The notes under the pieces are model-generated. The model did not search any database. It saw only the letters and a program-made list of their open reading frames with translations, and had not been told where the DNA came from. From an uncultured Treponema sp. (lineage in GTDB: Bacteria; Spirochaetota; Spirochaetia; Treponematales; Treponemataceae): a stretch of DNA of 64,000 nucleotides. How positions within the stretch are numbered: the stretch's first letter is position 1; every line of letters starts with the position of its first letter. A program made the position numbers and the translations under genes. Location of the stretch: assembly GCA_938045195.1 (NCBI GenBank), contig CALINC010000139.1, forward strand, positions 6,039-70,038, written 5' to 3'. This document shows positions 40,725 to 51,305 of this stretch, piece after piece.

Positions 40725-40749
40725 TTTGTGCGATTTATCTTAACGATTA

Positions 40750-40783
40750 TAAAATAAAAGCTCACCACTTGCGCGGTGAGCTT
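40750..40783 (-). terminator. Terminator-like hairpin between tRNA-Asp and tRNA-Pro
   Basis: AAGCTCACC-loop-GGTGAGCTT followed by TTATTTT. Confidence 0.6.
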
Positions 40784-40786
40784 CTT

Positions 40787-40861
40787 CGGGAGCGACGGGG
40801 CTCGAACCCGCGATCTCCGGCGTGACAGGCCAGCGCGATAAACCAGCTTCGCTACGCCCCC
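40787..40861 (-). tRNA. tRNA-Asp(GTC), CCA not encoded
   Basis: GGGGGCGTAGCGAAGCTGGTTTATCGCGCTGGCCT-GTC-ACGCCGGAGATCGCGGGTTCGAGCCCCGTCGCTCCCG. Confidence 0.96.
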
Positions 40862-40873
40862 ATTGATTTGACC

Positions 40874-40902
40874 ATTTTATCAAAAGCGGAATAAAATGTC
40901 AA
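40874..40902 (-). promoter_or_regulatory. Strong sigma70 promoter of the tRNA genes
   Basis: TTGACA-17 bp-TAAAAT with TGn extension. Confidence 0.8.
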
Positions 40903-40950
40903 TAGCTTTTAATAAAATTATGTGATTTTTTAACTGAATTTCGGCAGATT

Positions 40951-41817
40951 TTATCTACCGATTAACGATATATTTGCTCCGAACCATTTTTTTGATGTCT
41001 TTTCAAAAAAATCGGTCTTTGCCATATCATATAATATTTCTTCAACCTTGTTTTTAAGTACAATATCTCCCAATTTAAATGCAATTACATATTCATCCGA
41101 ACCGAGAGCTTCGTTGAGTACCCTATAAGGTCGCTGTTTTGAATTGATAATATTATTTATTGCGAGCAAATCATGTACAACGCCGTCCACTTCACCGCGC
41201 TCCATAGCTTGCAGCGCATCATTTGGAGTAGCAAACAACTTTATTTTCGTAAACGGAAACAAAGCGGTTTGTGTGAGGTCATTGTATTTGCCCGCCATTT
41301 GGGTTATCATACTCTGTAATGATGAGGCTTCTTGTACGCCTATTGTTTTATCCTTTAAATCGTCAAAAGTCATGATGGGGCTATCTTTCATTACGGCGAT
41401 AATCACTGCGGTACGTATATAGGGCATTGACAGGGTATACATTTTTGCTCTGTCTTTTGTATAAGAAAAGGCATTCCAGATACAATCTATTTCTCCGCTT
41501 TTTAACAGATCATCTTTTTTAGTCCACTCTAAATCTTTGAATACGGGTTTTACACCCATACGCTTACACATTTCTTTTATAACGTCAATGTCATATCCGT
41601 CCAACGATTTAGAGAATAAATTGATATATGAAAAAGGCGGAGTTTCATATTCAAGTCCTACAACAAATTCTTTTTTTAGCATTATTCTTGCAAGCGAAAT
41701 ATCTTGATTTTTTTTTCTTTTTCTTACAGCTTTCGGTGTGCATGAAACTTCAAAAAAAAGAATTATAAAAAACATACCGCATAAAAGAATTTTTTTAATA
41801 ATTTTTCTATATGTCAT
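40951..41817 (-). CDS. Polar amino-acid ABC substrate-binding lipoprotein
   Basis: Lipobox-like EVSC, PPFSY, GYDIDV, IDCIWNAFS.T.DR and SKKWFG. Confidence 0.92.
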   Translation of the reverse strand: MTYRKIIKKILLCGMFFIILFFEVSCTPKAVRKRKKNQDISLARIMLKKEFVVGLEYETPPFSYINLFSKSLDGYDIDVIKEMCKRMGVKPVFKDLEWTKKDDLLKSGEIDCIWNAFSYTKDRAKMYTLSMPYIRTAVIIAVMKDSPIMTFDDLKDKTIGVQEASSLQSMITQMAGKYNDLTQTALFPFTKIKLFATPNDALQAMERGEVDGVVHDLLAINNIINSKQRPYRVLNEALGSDEYVIAFKLGDIVLKNKVEEILYDMAKTDFFEKTSKKWFGANISLIGR

Positions 41818-41829
41818 AAACCCTCCAAT

Positions 41830-42648
41830 CTATTTCCCCAAAATAATAATATTTGAATCAAACCATTTACGCGAAATTTTTTCCAAAGTTCCGTCTTCTT
41901 CCAATGCCATAAGGGCAGCTTCAATTTCATTTTTTAATGCGATGGAACCTTTTTTAAAGGCATACGCATAGTAGTCCGAAGCAAGACCGGTTTCCAATAT
42001 TGCAAAGGAATTTGCATGATTTTTTATTAAGTAGGCGGCTGCGCTTAAATCCGTTATACAAGCATCAATATTGCGGTTTTGTAACTCCGAAAATGTAAGA
42101 GTAGTTTCATTGTATCCTTTAATTTGAGTAAAAATGTCTTTCATATATTTTTCAAGAATATCCATACCAACGGTTCCATATTGACTGCCTGCTCTTCGCC
42201 CTTTTAGATCGTCCAGAGTCCGGATGTCATCACCGTTTCTTATTACGATAATCTGAGCATTTCTAAAATACGGAATTGTCAGTTCGAACAATTTTTCACG
42301 TTCGGGAGTTATCGAAAATCCGCTTGCAATGCAATCAATAGTATTGTTATTTAATAAGGTGGTTTTTTCCTGCCAATCAATTTCTATAAATTCAACTTCG
42401 ATGTCCATAAATTCTGCTACGGCGGATAATATGTCAATATCAAAACCTTTTATATAACCGATTGTATCGGAAAAACTCATTGGCGGATGGCTTATATCCA
42501 CACCAACCCTCAATTTACCGTCAATAAGAACCTTTGCCAGAGAAACATCATCGGGATTAATACTTTCTTCTATGCTGTTATTTTTTTTGCATGCAAAAAA
42601 TAACAGAGCTAAAATACATAACATAAAAAGGAAATATTTTTTCTTCAT
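41830..42648 (-). CDS. Polar amino-acid ABC substrate-binding lipoprotein (paralog)
   Basis: MKKKY...FFAC lipobox, PPMSF, GFDIDI, SITPER and SRKWF. GGAGG SD before ATG 42648. Confidence 0.92.
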   Translation of the reverse strand: MKKKYFLFMLCILALLFFACKKNNSIEESINPDDVSLAKVLIDGKLRVGVDISHPPMSFSDTIGYIKGFDIDILSAVAEFMDIEVEFIEIDWQEKTTLLNNNTIDCIASGFSITPEREKLFELTIPYFRNAQIIVIRNGDDIRTLDDLKGRRAGSQYGTVGMDILEKYMKDIFTQIKGYNETTLTFSELQNRNIDACITDLSAAAYLIKNHANSFAILETGLASDYYAYAFKKGSIALKNEIEAALMALEEDGTLEKISRKWFDSNIIILGK

Positions 42649-42671
42649 TTTCTCCTCCATTTAAATCACAG

Positions 42672-42829
42672 GTTTATTCGTGCGGAAGGTTTAATACCTT
42701 GTTGCTGCGCAACGTACGCTCTGCATCGTAACAAAGGGTATTAAAGCCGACTGCAACCACCTTATAAGAACATACAATGCGAAACATTGAGCATTGTACC
42801 CCGACGCTTACGTCGGGGTTGTTGATTTT
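42672..42829 (+). mobile_element. Long (158 bp) copy of the hairpin MITE-like element
   Basis: Same ends as the short copies. Two terminal hairpins: tttaatacc...ggtattaaa and accccgacg-ctta-cgtcggggt. Confidence 0.7.
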
Positions 42830-43094
42830 AGCTAATGCAGCCGGCAGTATCTAAAAAAGCTGCCGGCTTTGCATAAAACAAAACGGTCTTGCCATTTCGC
42901 ATTTTCTCAAAACAGCTGAAAATAAGCAATGTCTGTATGTTTTACTATAACATATAACAAATAAATTGTAAAGCGTATTTTTGTACGAGCCTTTGCTATT
43001 TTTGTCAATTCTTTAGATGATATGATAATGCACCGGTTGACTTCGAGCAAAGAATATATTATTGTCGTTAAGCATTAATGAGTATTTTGAGGAA

Positions 43095-44783
43095 ATGATG
43101 GAAGAAAAAATTAAAACACACACACTTATTGATAATATTTTTTATTATCTTGGAATATTGAAAAAAGTTTTTCCCGCAGGAATTTTGCTGATGTTGCTGT
43201 CCGTTCCTGTTGGAGTTTTTATTATATATCAAACAATTAAAATTCCCCGGATTATTATTGCCGGCGTTGAAACTTCTGCCGAACCTAAACAAGTTCTTTT
43301 TTTTGTCTTTAGTGCAGTGCTTGTTATCACTATTTGTAAAATGCTTTTACAGATTTTTGAAACTTGCTTAATGACATTGGGTTCCCGTTCTTTGTTTTAT
43401 CTTTATTCTGTTTATATAAATAAAAAAATATTTGAGTTACAGTATCAAACTTTGATTTCTGCTGAGGTACGGGCAAAATTGATAAAAGTAAAAGATATTG
43501 TAATGGCGAAGGGTAACTGCGGGGGGCTGCACTTTTTCCCGCTTAATTTTTCTTTTTTATTAACGGCAGTTATAGGTATTTGTGTTTTCACTTTGGGCCT
43601 TATACGCATAGACGGCATCCTCTTTACAATAATTTTATCATTGAATGTATTTAATTTACTGTACGGAATGTTTGCCGGAAAATATACGAAAAGAAATATT
43701 TCTGGCAGAAACCCCAATGAAAAAAAAGAAAATTATATTATCGAAACTACTCAATTAATCGTTTTTACCCATGACATCTTTGCATACATTTATTTAATTT
43801 ATAAATTAAGTTGCGGAGTAATTACAGTTTCGCAATTTGTTTTTCTTATCGGGGTTGTTATGGAGTTTTCAAAATGGACGGATAATATTCTATCTGAAAT
43901 AAACAATTTAATTATTTTTAATACGCATATAAATCAAATTAGAGATTTCCTTGATATTGATGACGAAAAGGTAAAAGGGAATTTAACCGAAGACATCGTA
44001 AATGAAAAACCTGCTATTGAATTTAAGAATGTGAGTTACCGCTATTCTGAAGATGCTCCTTGGATTTTTAAAGATTTTAATTTGAAGATAAACTCGACAG
44101 AAAAACTTGCGGTTGTAGGAATGACCGGTGCAGGGAAAACAACGCTTATACATCTTTTAATGGGATTGCTTGAACCTGCCGCCGGAGAGATTTTAATTGA
44201 CGGTAAGAAGAGTTCGGATTTTAAAAAAGAAGAATATTACGCTTTATTTTCTCCCGTTTTTCAAGATATACATATTTTCCCCGAAACAATAGCATCAAAT
44301 ATTGCAGGCTCTAAAAAGATTAATGACGAAAAATTGAATAATGTAGTATCTCTTACGGGTTTGACTGAAATGCTAAAAACTCTTCCATTTGGAAAAGAAA
44401 CTTTTCTTGTTAAAAACAGCAGAGATGATGCCGTTGATTTATCTAGAGAACAAAGTCAAAGAATGCTGTTTGCACGGTCATTATATAAAAATGCAAAAAT
44501 AAATCTTTTTGATGAACCTGCCGCCGCTCTTGAACCTATTACCGAAAGCCGCATATATAAAGAGTATGATGCTATGAGTAAAGATAAAACTGTTATTTTT
44601 ATTTCGCATAGATTAGATTCTATAAAATTCTGTCCTCGTATTATTTTTCTTGAGCATGGAAAAATAATTGAAGAGGGTTGCCATGACAGTTTGATGAAAA
44701 AAAATGCAAAGTATAGAGAAATGTATGAAGAGCAAAGTAAATATTATGCCGAAGAAACAAAAAATAATACGGTAGGTGTATAA
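43095..44783 (+). CDS. ABC exporter, fused TMD-NBD, degenerate and possibly decaying
   Basis: TMs then GMTGAGKTT and FQD. Signature reads LSREQ, D-loop region DEPAAALEP, ISHRL. Confidence 0.8.
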   Translation: MMEEKIKTHTLIDNIFYYLGILKKVFPAGILLMLLSVPVGVFIIYQTIKIPRIIIAGVETSAEPKQVLFFVFSAVLVITICKMLLQIFETCLMTLGSRSLFYLYSVYINKKIFELQYQTLISAEVRAKLIKVKDIVMAKGNCGGLHFFPLNFSFLLTAVIGICVFTLGLIRIDGILFTIILSLNVFNLLYGMFAGKYTKRNISGRNPNEKKENYIIETTQLIVFTHDIFAYIYLIYKLSCGVITVSQFVFLIGVVMEFSKWTDNILSEINNLIIFNTHINQIRDFLDIDDEKVKGNLTEDIVNEKPAIEFKNVSYRYSEDAPWIFKDFNLKINSTEKLAVVGMTGAGKTTLIHLLMGLLEPAAGEILIDGKKSSDFKKEEYYALFSPVFQDIHIFPETIASNIAGSKKINDEKLNNVVSLTGLTEMLKTLPFGKETFLVKNSRDDAVDLSREQSQRMLFARSLYKNAKINLFDEPAAALEPITESRIYKEYDAMSKDKTVIFISHRLDSIKFCPRIIFLEHGKIIEEGCHDSLMKKNAKYREMYEEQSKYYAEETKNNTVGV

Positions 44784-45787
44784 TGAAAAAAATTAAATAT
44801 ATTTTTAGAATGATTATGTATTGTGAACACACCGAACATTTTTGTTTATTGGATAATATTTTTTTTAATGTATTGGAACTAATGCGTCATTTTTTATTAT
44901 TGTATTTTTCTAAAATAATTATTGAAGCGGTTATACAAAAGAGTGTACCAAAAAAAGTTGTTATATCTACGGTCATTTTTTTATCCGTATTTATATTTCT
45001 TACAATTATTTCCGGTATATTTAAAAGACGAGGAGTATATAGAGTAAAACGCTTTTTTAAAAAACATAACATACAAAAAAGGCTTTCAAATTTAAATTAT
45101 GAATTTACCGAACAAAATAAAACTCAAGATGAATTAACTCAAATTAACTACTATGAAAAATATTTTAGCTCTTCTTCTCATGATCTTATACGGCAAATCA
45201 GCGCACTTATATGTGGGATAATAGGTTGTTGTATAACCCTTTATTTAGGTAAGGGCATTTTTTTGAAACATAGCTCGGAAGTGTTTTACAGCACTTTGAT
45301 GAATATTGCTTTTTTAATTATGTTTATTGTTTTTTCTATTATATCGTTTTTCACAGAGAAATATATTTATAAAAAATTCGGAGGACATATTTCAAAGAAT
45401 ATAACGCCTGAGTATTTAAAGGTTTATACATCTTTAATTTATGATTATAAAGCCGGAAAAGATATTAGATTATATGATAAAGATTTAGTTGAAAGTTATA
45501 GCGAAAAATATCAGCAGGTTCATAAATGCAGATATGATTTTATGGCGAAGTTTTTTTCCGTAACCGCAGGTTTGGAAAAAATAAATGAAGGTTTGTTTTT
45601 CGGTATGGTAGTTTTATTTGTAGGTATAAAAACCTTGTATGGTTTAATTTCTGTAAGTGAAGTTTTCTTTTATATTGGTATTATAAATATATTTTCCGCT
45701 CAAATATATCAAATAATGGACGGCATAACAACAATTATTCCTGCCGATAATACTTGCCGCCGCATTAGGTATGGTTTCAAATATTGA
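44783..45787 (+). pseudogene. Truncated ABC exporter subunit (TMD only)
   Basis: TM domain with DYKAGKDIRLY typical of TMD-NBD exporters; stops at 334 aa with no NBD, abutting a convergent gene. Confidence 0.65.
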
Positions 45788-45825
45788 AAATTTATAAACA
45801 CTTTAACTACAAAACCTAAAATGCT

Positions 45826-46785
45826 TTATATGCCGCTAAAATTTAATTGTGTTTTTTTCCAAACCTTTTCGTTGCCGTCATCTTTTTCCATAACTTCGGA
45901 ACATTCTCCGTGAACAAAAGCATATACGGGAGCTTTATTTTCATATTCGTTAATTTTATTTTGAACGGACACGAGCATTTTAGTTTTGTCTTGCGGCAAA
46001 TTTCCACGCACTCTAAATTCTAAAAAGTCATGAAACCCATCATAATAAATAGGGCGGTTTTTATCTTTGCCCAAAAGTTCAAGCAATCTTTTTTCTTCTT
46101 TTAAATTGCAAAGTTCGTCTGCCGGTAAAAAATTCCCTGATGTAATTTCTTGAAATAACGGAACTTCATTGTGCAAAAACATAGAAAAATTTATTACACA
46201 TACCGGCTGCATTTTATTTAAAAACAAAGATAATGCTTCGGCATTTTCGATACCGCGTGCTGCTCCTGCAATGCCTGTCATAATATGTGCACTAAATAGA
46301 TAGCCATAGTTATATATTTTTAAAATAGCTTTTTCTGCTTGCGCGGTATTATGATCTTTATTCATAAATGTAAGGATGTCATCTAAGCTGCTTTCAATTC
46401 CGATATATAAACAATGCACTCCGTTTTGTTTCAATACTTTAAGTTCCTTTTCTGTTTTTTGTAAAATGCTTGTAACGGTAGCATCCATATTTATGCAATT
46501 ACAATCAGGAAAATATGTATGAATTAGATTTAATATTTTAAGTAAATGTTCCGTTTGTATACCGAAAGCACTGCCGTCGCCGAGAAAAATTTTATTTGGA
46601 TTCCCTCCTGCATTTTTTACACGCAAAAGCTCCTTTTCTATTTGTTCCAGAGGAAGTAATCTATATTTTAAATCACGGAATAAATTACAAAACTTACATT
46701 TGTTATATGAACATCCAACCATAACAGGCAGCATAAATGAAGCCCTTTCCATCGGTGGTCTGCAAATTCTTCCTTCATATTCCAT
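45826..46785 (-). CDS. Radical SAM protein
   Basis: YEGRICRPPMER, GCSYNKCKFC, FLGDG and YIGIES. GGAG SD before ATG 46785. Confidence 0.9.
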   Translation of the reverse strand: MEYEGRICRPPMERASFMLPVMVGCSYNKCKFCNLFRDLKYRLLPLEQIEKELLRVKNAGGNPNKIFLGDGSAFGIQTEHLLKILNLIHTYFPDCNCINMDATVTSILQKTEKELKVLKQNGVHCLYIGIESSLDDILTFMNKDHNTAQAEKAILKIYNYGYLFSAHIMTGIAGAARGIENAEALSLFLNKMQPVCVINFSMFLHNEVPLFQEITSGNFLPADELCNLKEEKRLLELLGKDKNRPIYYDGFHDFLEFRVRGNLPQDKTKMLVSVQNKINEYENKAPVYAFVHGECSEVMEKDDGNEKVWKKTQLNFSGI

Positions 46786-46798
46786 ATTTTTCTCCGTT

Positions 46799-48145
46799 TT
46801 AAAATTTTTCATTTAAGGCAAGTGCGATTTTTAAAAGTATTTCTTTTGTATTTTGAGCGGGGTCGTCAAGTACGGTTTCAAGGAGCTCTTTTAAAATTCT
46901 TCCTAGTTTTGCATCTGCTTTAATTCCGACTTTAATTAAGTCATTTCCATTTACCGCTAAATCTTTTATATTAAAAGCATTTTCATTTTTTAAAATTTTT
47001 TCTATTCGTTTTTGAAAACCGAGCAAAGTTCGGAAATCAGTTTGATGAGCAGTGATGGCATATCCATCTGCTCTGCGTAGTGCAAAGAGGTCTTCGATGT
47101 TTTCAATTCCTATGCGGACAATAAATCTACGTACTGCAGCGTCAGTCCAGTCTTCGGTATAATTAAACATATGGTGTTTTACCAAATGACATACGGAACT
47201 GATTTCTTTATTTGAAAATTTTAAACGCTGCATTATTTTTTTTGTTATCCTCTCGGAAATAATTTCATGTTTATAAAAAGTATAATTGCCTAATTTGTCT
47301 TCAGCTCTTACTTCAGGCTTCCCAATATCATGAAACAAAGCTGCAAGCCGTACAATTAAATTATTTTGTTCTGCTGCATTACATGCAAGAAAACTGTGGT
47401 CCAATACATCGAATTTATGCATTCCTTTTTGTTCTACACCGCGGCATATAGAAAGCTCAGGTAAAAAAACTTTTAATAAGCCCGTGTCTTCCAAAAGTTT
47501 AAGGGCAATAATAGGATTTTCCGTTTTCAGGATTTTAACAAATTCATCACGAAACCGTTCTATTGAAATTTTTTTACATACGCCGATTGAAAGCGAAATT
47601 GCGTTTAAAGTTTCCTTTTCTATCGTAAAACCTAATTGCGCAGCAAACCGTATAGCCCGTATAGGGCGGAGTCCGTCTTCATTAAAGCGTAACTGAGGGT
47701 TGCCTACCGTTTTGATTATTTTGGCTTTAATATCTTTTATTCCGTTAAAGGGATCAACAATCGAACCGTCTTTAAGATTAATTGCTATTGCATTCATTGT
47801 AAAGTCTCTACGGCTTAAATCTTCTTCGATTGTTTTTACATAATTTAAGGCATTAGGATGTCTGCCGTCGGAATAGTCCGCTTCACACCGAAAGGTTGTG
47901 CACTCTATTTGTTCACCCTTATATAAAATCGTAACGGTGCCGTGTTCAATGCCGGTAGGAATTGTTTTGCGGAATAATTTTTGCACTTGATCAGGTTCTG
48001 CATTCGTTGCAATATCATAATCTTTGCAGTCTTTTTTTAAAAACCAATCACGCACGGCACCGCCTACAAGAAAAACTTGAAAATTATTCTCTAAAAAAAT
48101 TGAGGCTGCTTCTTTTAAGTTTTTACCAATGCTATATTTTAACAT
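46799..48145 (-). CDS. cca: CCA tRNA nucleotidyltransferase with HD domain
   Basis: VGGAVRD, DYDIAT, DLSRRDFTMNA, EDGLRPIRAIRF and LFHDIGK. Confidence 0.93.
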   Translation of the reverse strand: MLKYSIGKNLKEAASIFLENNFQVFLVGGAVRDWFLKKDCKDYDIATNAEPDQVQKLFRKTIPTGIEHGTVTILYKGEQIECTTFRCEADYSDGRHPNALNYVKTIEEDLSRRDFTMNAIAINLKDGSIVDPFNGIKDIKAKIIKTVGNPQLRFNEDGLRPIRAIRFAAQLGFTIEKETLNAISLSIGVCKKISIERFRDEFVKILKTENPIIALKLLEDTGLLKVFLPELSICRGVEQKGMHKFDVLDHSFLACNAAEQNNLIVRLAALFHDIGKPEVRAEDKLGNYTFYKHEIISERITKKIMQRLKFSNKEISSVCHLVKHHMFNYTEDWTDAAVRRFIVRIGIENIEDLFALRRADGYAITAHQTDFRTLLGFQKRIEKILKNENAFNIKDLAVNGNDLIKVGIKADAKLGRILKELLETVLDDPAQNTKEILLKIALALNEKF

Positions 48146-48200
48146 ATTTTAAAATTATGGAACCTTGAAAAAGTTCTTCTTTTCGATAAGTTTCTTAGAC

Positions 48201-50381
48201 TTATTCTAATTTGAATTTATTTACTTCACCGAATACATTTTCGGTACTCAATTTATTTTGTTGCGCAAGATTATTTACTTCACTGACAGCATGATTTATA
48301 TGCACAACTCCGGAAGTAATATCATTCATATCGTTCGTTATTTTTTCAGTTACCTTAGTAAGGTTCTGCATTTCTGATAAAAGTTTGCTTGACCCCTTTA
48401 ACATTTCGCTTGAGCCGTTTTTTACTTCATCCGTAACGGCAGCAATATCCGCTACAGCGCGTAAAACTTGATCATTACCTTCGCTTTGCTCAAGCATTGC
48501 ATTCATTATTACATCCTCTTGAGTTTTTACTGCTTCCGTTAGTTCAAAACTTTCATTTACAATTTTTTCCGCATTTACGGAATCTTCTGCAATTTTATCT
48601 ATTTTTGTCTTCAATGTTTTTAGAACAGATGTTATATTCTTTCCTTGTAAACTGGATTCTTCTGCAAGTTTTCTGATTTCATCTGCAACGACGGCGAAGC
48701 CTTTTCCCGCTTCACCTGCATGTGCCGCCTCAATTGCTGCATTCATTGCAAGTAAATTCGTTTGACTTGCAATATGCTGAATAACGCTGCTGGCTTCTAA
48801 AAGTCCATCTGACTCTCCGCTTATTTCTTGTGTAATTCCTGCAGTATATGTTACAGAAACTTTTACATCATTTGATTTTTCTTCCAACTTTTGAATAAGA
48901 ACTTTATTTTTTTGCAGTATACCATTGACCGATTGAATATTTGCGACCATTTCTTCTACAGCGGAAGAAGAATCGCTTATACTTACGGTCTGAGTTTCAA
49001 TGCGTTCATCAAGAGATGTAATTGTTTGCACCATTTCGTATACAGCAGAAGCGGCATCCTTAACTTCATCGGCTTGAGAAATTATTTTTTGTTTTGCATG
49101 GTCGATATTTTCTGTAATCCGATTAACGGTTTCAGCGGTTTCCATCATATTAGCAGAAAGTTCCGCTCCGATATTTTTCATCGTTTTTGAATTCTCTTCA
49201 ATGGATTTAATTGAAGTTTTTATGTTTTGTATTGTTTGATTAAAATATTCAGAGATTTTACTTATCTCATCGGAACCGTCAACCGGTAGATAAACGGTTA
49301 AATCTCCTTCGCCGATCACCGACATTGCCCTTCCGAATTTTTTTACGAGTTTAATTATTTTTGAAGAAAAAAGATACGATATAGGAATTGAAAAAATAAT
49401 AATCAATGCTATGACAGAAATAAGCGGCAATAAAATTTTTCTTCCTGCTGATATATATTCTTTATAATCTATCACTGCGATATATGACCAGCCTAACGTA
49501 TTATTTGATGATTTAATTGATTGAAGAACATATTTTTTTGAATCTATATTCTTGTATAGTTTTTCTCCGTTTTCGGTTTGAAGACTTTCAGTATAATATG
49601 CATCCAAGTCTTTTATATTTTTGCCGACAATTGTTTGGTCTTTTCCATGCGCAACAACCGCGCCCGTTTTATCTATTATAATTATATAACCGTTTTCTCC
49701 GGGATGTTTTTCTGAAATTATTTTTTTTATATAAGACAAATCAACTGAGGTTGAAAAAACGCCCTGTATTTTTCCGTCAAGATTTATTTTATCGGTTATT
49801 TCTATTGTTATATCATTATGTGAAGAAATATATAAATCGGATAAAGTCTGATTGTTTTGATTTTTTATACAATTTTGATACCAGCTCCTAGTCCTTGCAT
49901 CATATCCGGGACTTCTATTTTTTTCGGGATACATCACAATTCCGCCATCCAATTCAGTTGCAAGAGTCATATACGGAATTGACGGAAAAGAATCTACAAA
50001 AGATTTCATCATATTATATATTATTTTTTCTTCAGTTCCGAAATGGTCAGGATCCATTTTGATTGTACCGTCAGGCATATCCGCCTTTAAATTTATATAT
50101 GAAGTAATTTTGCCGTTTGCATTTTTTATTAAATCCGACTTTATAATGGAAGAATTCAATTTAGATAAATCATCAAGAAAAATATTTACCTGTAAATCCG
50201 TTTCCGAAACTGCATTATATATTTCTGCATCTATTTGTCTATAATTTTGATTTAGAATATATATATATGCGCCTATACCGACCGCTATTGCCGGCACCGA
50301 TGCAAGTATTATAATGATAAGCGCATATTTAAATTTTAACGGCATTTTTTTCTTTTGATTATTTACAGTCGTGCTTTGCAT
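48201..50381 (-). CDS. Methyl-accepting chemotaxis protein (Cache-HAMP-MA)
   Basis: Two TMs, YDARTRSWY Cache motif, HAMP, and [38 protein letters not shown]. Confidence 0.96.
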   Translation of the reverse strand: MQSTTVNNQKKKMPLKFKYALIIIILASVPAIAVGIGAYIYILNQNYRQIDAEIYNAVSETDLQVNIFLDDLSKLNSSIIKSDLIKNANGKITSYINLKADMPDGTIKMDPDHFGTEEKIIYNMMKSFVDSFPSIPYMTLATELDGGIVMYPEKNRSPGYDARTRSWYQNCIKNQNNQTLSDLYISSHNDITIEITDKINLDGKIQGVFSTSVDLSYIKKIISEKHPGENGYIIIIDKTGAVVAHGKDQTIVGKNIKDLDAYYTESLQTENGEKLYKNIDSKKYVLQSIKSSNNTLGWSYIAVIDYKEYISAGRKILLPLISVIALIIIFSIPISYLFSSKIIKLVKKFGRAMSVIGEGDLTVYLPVDGSDEISKISEYFNQTIQNIKTSIKSIEENSKTMKNIGAELSANMMETAETVNRITENIDHAKQKIISQADEVKDAASAVYEMVQTITSLDERIETQTVSISDSSSAVEEMVANIQSVNGILQKNKVLIQKLEEKSNDVKVSVTYTAGITQEISGESDGLLEASSVIQHIASQTNLLAMNAAIEAAHAGEAGKGFAVVADEIRKLAEESSLQGKNITSVLKTLKTKIDKIAEDSVNAEKIVNESFELTEAVKTQEDVIMNAMLEQSEGNDQVLRAVADIAAVTDEVKNGSSEMLKGSSKLLSEMQNLTKVTEKITNDMNDITSGVVHINHAVSEVNNLAQQNKLSTENVFGEVNKFKLE

Positions 50382-50499
50382 AGTACACCTCATAATTTTC
50401 CTATTTTACGGCATTTAATCCATTTTGTCTATATCATTTTCGGTAGAATATCGATAGAATGAAAAATACGAAGATGAGAAATAAATTAAAGCATTTGGA

Positions 50500-51039
50500 T
50501 TATAACAAAGCCGCTATTTTGGCGTCGATTTTTTCCGGTTCTTCGGTAGATTCAAAACGTTCTATAACATTACCGTTTTTATCTACAAGGAATTTAGTAA
50601 AGTTCCATTTAATGTCTGCATTGTTTTTATAGTCAGGGTCGATTTTTTCTATGAAAGCATTCATCTTATCAGCTTTTTCTCCTGTAAACCCTGCAAATGT
50701 TTTTTGTGACTTTAAGAATGCAAAGAGCGGAATAGTATTTTTTCCGTTTACATCGATTTTTTGCATTTGAAGAAATTGCGTATTATATTGTAACGAACAA
50801 AATCGGCGTATCTGTTCATCAGTGCCCGGCGCTTGCTGCCCGAATTGATTACAGGGGAAATCAAGAATTTCTAAACCCTTATTATGATACTTTTCATATA
50901 ATTCTTCTAAGCCTTTGTACTGCGGAGTAAATCCGCACCCCGTCGCAGTGTTTACAATGAGTAAAACTTTGCCTTTAAAAGAATCAAGAGAAATATCATT
51001 ACCGCTTCCGTCTTTAACAATAAAATCATAAATACCCAT
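50500..51039 (-). CDS. Glutathione peroxidase family protein (Cys type)
   Basis: IVNTATGCGFTPQY, FPCNQF and WNFTKFLV. Confidence 0.95.
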   Translation of the reverse strand: MGIYDFIVKDGSGNDISLDSFKGKVLLIVNTATGCGFTPQYKGLEELYEKYHNKGLEILDFPCNQFGQQAPGTDEQIRRFCSLQYNTQFLQMQKIDVNGKNTIPLFAFLKSQKTFAGFTGEKADKMNAFIEKIDPDYKNNADIKWNFTKFLVDKNGNVIERFESTEEPEKIDAKIAALL

Positions 51040-51305
51040 AGGTTTCTCCTTCTGTTTTAAATAAGCATATTACGGCTTATTGACGATAGTATTAAAAAAT
51101 AAAGAAAATGTCAACATGCACTAAATATCTATTGAAAGTCTTTTAATGCCTTTTTGCAAGATTGATTGCATACATACGCCGAAGCGAATTACGGATAGGG
51201 GGCATTTGCAAATGCTGTACGCACTCATACCGCAAACTTTATATTGACAATATTCGGTTTTTTCGCTATCCTGATTATATAGTTTAACATAAAAAGGAAT
51301 GGTAT

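Noticed and set aside
48640..48800. Nucleotide repeat shared with about 63300-63460
   Set aside because: Ordinary conservation of the MCP signalling hairpin between paralogs.
50500..51039. Selenocysteine in the glutathione peroxidase
   Set aside because: The active-site codon is TGC (Cys) and the ORF is uninterrupted.
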